A stretch of 53,585 nucleotides of DNA from Octopus bimaculoides (taxonomy: Eukaryota): contig NC_068992.1 of assembly GCF_001194135.2 (NCBI RefSeq), positions 52,740,746-52,794,330 of the forward strand, in the 5' to 3' direction. The notes beneath the pieces were generated by a model. That model saw only the letters and a program-made list of their open reading frames with translations, was not told where the DNA came from and did no database searches. Of the stretch, positions 52,623 to 53,585 are shown piece by piece; the stretch's first letter is position 1; the number at the start of each line of letters is the position of its first letter. The translations under genes were made by a program, and so were the position numbers.

Positions 52623-53585
52623 TTCCATCATAAATGTTCGATGATTTTGTCTTGTCTCAAACGCAGAGGAATTAATGTATGATCTTATCGGTAACCATCG
52701 TTAGCAAAGATGCATTGCATGTAGTAGTAAATCTCATCGTCCAACCGATCTAATTCATACAAATAATTGTAACAAGTCATGCCTTAGTTACAACTGATTC
52801 TCTAAGTGCTAACCTCTAATATATATAACCTGCATGTTCAAAATAAGGAAACTTTAAATTATATATATATATGCTCTTATAACATACCCGTATCTGGGTG
52901 TGAATGACTAATGCACCTGCATTTATCATGGTTATAATTTTCGCAGAATCTAGAGCGTATATGTTAGATATTTGAAAATACCACTGTAGGTATAGGAGGG
53001 TTTTGCATTTCACACATCAATTAACTAGTTTTCAAAATCTCAGCTTTCGGTTAAAATGCTTTAGGGACGAGACTAGAGGGTTAAAGAAAAACTATTCCCT
53101 TGGCTAGAGTAGAATATAAATAGACGCTTGTCTGATACAACTTATACTCTACTTTCAAGAAATAAAAGTTAATATAACCTAGCGGTTATAAATGAGTCGA
53201 AAACAAGGGTTTCATTAATGCGGGTACTCATTATAATACTCAGAGCATAAAAGATAAAGCTCCTTATCGTGTCATATAAATTCTCGTGTTATATAAAGTC
53301 CAGTTTTCCTGGCGTATATATTCCCCAGAATATGTATAACATTCTGCTTAAACAATGGATTTACGAATACAATATCCCTGCATCCACTCTCTATTTCCTA
53401 TCTTATCTAAATTAACTATTGCTTAACCATCGTCTCACATAGTCTCTGGAAACAGCTGTAAGACATTCTATTTATAAATGTTCTATAATGCACGGAGCCT
53501 TGGTTTCTTATCTCATTACGAAACAAAATCCTTATATATGTATATATATATATATATGTATATATGTATATATATATATATGTGT

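Overview
AT-rich, microsatellite-dense eukaryotic DNA with 13 N-gaps, most of them flanked by (TA)n/(CA)n/(CT)n tracts. The SINE and LINE families look like those of an octopus (coleoid cephalopod) draft assembly; this is inference from recalled repeat sequences. No complete protein-coding gene can be supported. Almost all ORFs in the supplied track are microsatellite or gap artefacts, and only a few isolated splice-flanked candidate exons stand out (best: 37832-37938, + strand). The interpretable content is mobile DNA: at least three tRNA-derived SINE families (more than 15 copies or fragments), four R4/Dong-like non-LTR fragments, RTE, CR1 and hAT fossils, MITE-like and fold-back elements, and Penelope-like element (PLE) pieces. 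The most interesting object occurs twice (10124-10521 and 33631-33998). It is a roughly 370-400 bp unit made of an intact tRNA-like Pol III promoter, a (TAA)n spacer and a Penelope pseudo-LTR carrying a minimal type I hammerhead ribozyme. Each copy is bounded by its own target-site duplication, and the 10124-10521 copy has no T4 terminator on the sense strand. It looks like a Penelope-mobilised, ribozyme-bearing SINE or retrozyme-like element.
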